Shown here one piece after another: positions 63,128 through 64,000 of a DNA stretch of 64,000 nucleotides. The notes below the pieces were generated by a model. That model searched no databases and was not told the origin of the DNA. It was given only the letters and a program-made list of their open reading frames with translations. The stretch comes from Tubulanus polymorphus. Its lineage: Eukaryota; Animalia; Nemertea. The stretch is from positions 10,262,485 through 10,326,484 of the forward strand of contig NC_134027.1 of the NCBI RefSeq assembly GCF_964204645.1, read 5' to 3'. The first letter of the stretch is position 1, and every line of letters starts with the position of its first letter. The position numbers and the translations under genes are program-made.

Positions 63128-64000
63128 CTAAATTGCATACGAAAAAGAAAAACATTTTAGATAATTTGATCCAAAGATCGATTCGCATTCAGCAGAATAA
63201 TTTCAAATACCATTTTTCTTATGTTCAAAATGCAGAAAATATTCCTAGGATCTTGCTTTAAATGGCAATATTTCTAATGCAAATACATTATCCAAATAGT
63301 TCAGCAAGTGGAATGCAAGAGCTCAGTCTTTCAACAAAACTTCTGGTAGGCCTAATGAAGCCATGCATCCAATTCAAGGCAAGGTTAAGGAGCCAACTAC
63401 TGTATATATAATATCATATTCTAGATTCGAGTCAGTACTTACTAATCAATATTATGCTATTGTACTGTGGTATAATGAAAACCTGATAGTCTTTTGTTGA
63501 TCCGAGGCCATTAGCAACTAACTGCATGTATCTTTATTCTCAATACTGGGAATTGAAATTAATTACTGCAACTAACTATTTTTATTCTCGATACCGGTAA
63601 TCGAAATTAATAACTGCACAAATCAGACCAAAAGCTACACCTTTGAATGTACAACAACATACATATATGACTTAAAGTGGCAAGTGAGATAGCAGGAGAC
63701 CTCTTGTTATAGGCCTACCTGGATGATGAACAATTGTTGCACAGATTTTAAATAATCTAGCAAGAATTGTCCGTACCAATTAAACTTCAACGACCATATT
63801 TGATGTCAAATATAATGTGCAGGTGAGTATTTCTGAAGAAAAGTGCTCATTAAATGTGGGTTAGGGTAGCCTTTAGTTTCTGGGAACAGCATTTCAATTT
63901 ATATTCCATTTGAATTGGACGGATGGATTGGACTTATTTGCCAAATGTTAATGCAGTAAATGATCCACCTACCTATGCTAATATGTAACGGATTTTCTTT

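Noticed and set aside
63600-63840. Additional upstream CCDC66 exon
   Set aside because: Candidate splice sites exist but I could not establish an open frame with recognisable homology.

Overview
Intron-rich, AT-rich eukaryotic (invertebrate animal) genomic DNA, not prokaryotic. The single-repeat beta-thymosin and PUB-containing HOIP fit a non-ecdysozoan such as a lophotrochozoan (inference). Seven spliced protein-coding genes were reconstructed by hand from GT-AG boundaries: MCM3 (+, 5' end outside the window), OSGEP/Kae1 (-), DUS2 (+), p38 MAPK (-), RNF31/HOIP (+), beta-thymosin (+) and CCDC66 (-, 5' end unresolved). There is also an intact tRNA-Ser(AGA). Two pairs are head-to-head: the tRNA-modification enzymes OSGEP/DUS2, and the immune-signalling genes p38/HOIP with a kappaB consensus site between them. 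OSGEP and p38 each carry a U12-type (minor spliceosome) intron. Introns and intergenic DNA hold many short non-autonomous transposons with readable target-site duplications (P-like, PIF/Harbinger-like, hAT-like with 5-bp TSD, Tc1/mariner-like), a tRNA-derived SINE and LINE fragments. Also present are a probable P-element excision footprint and a Penelope-like perfect 96-bp inverted repeat carrying a hammerhead-ribozyme-like motif. Most short ORFs in the supplied track are spurious or are exon fragments. No database searches were possible; gene names rest on recognised motifs and coordinates were counted by eye.
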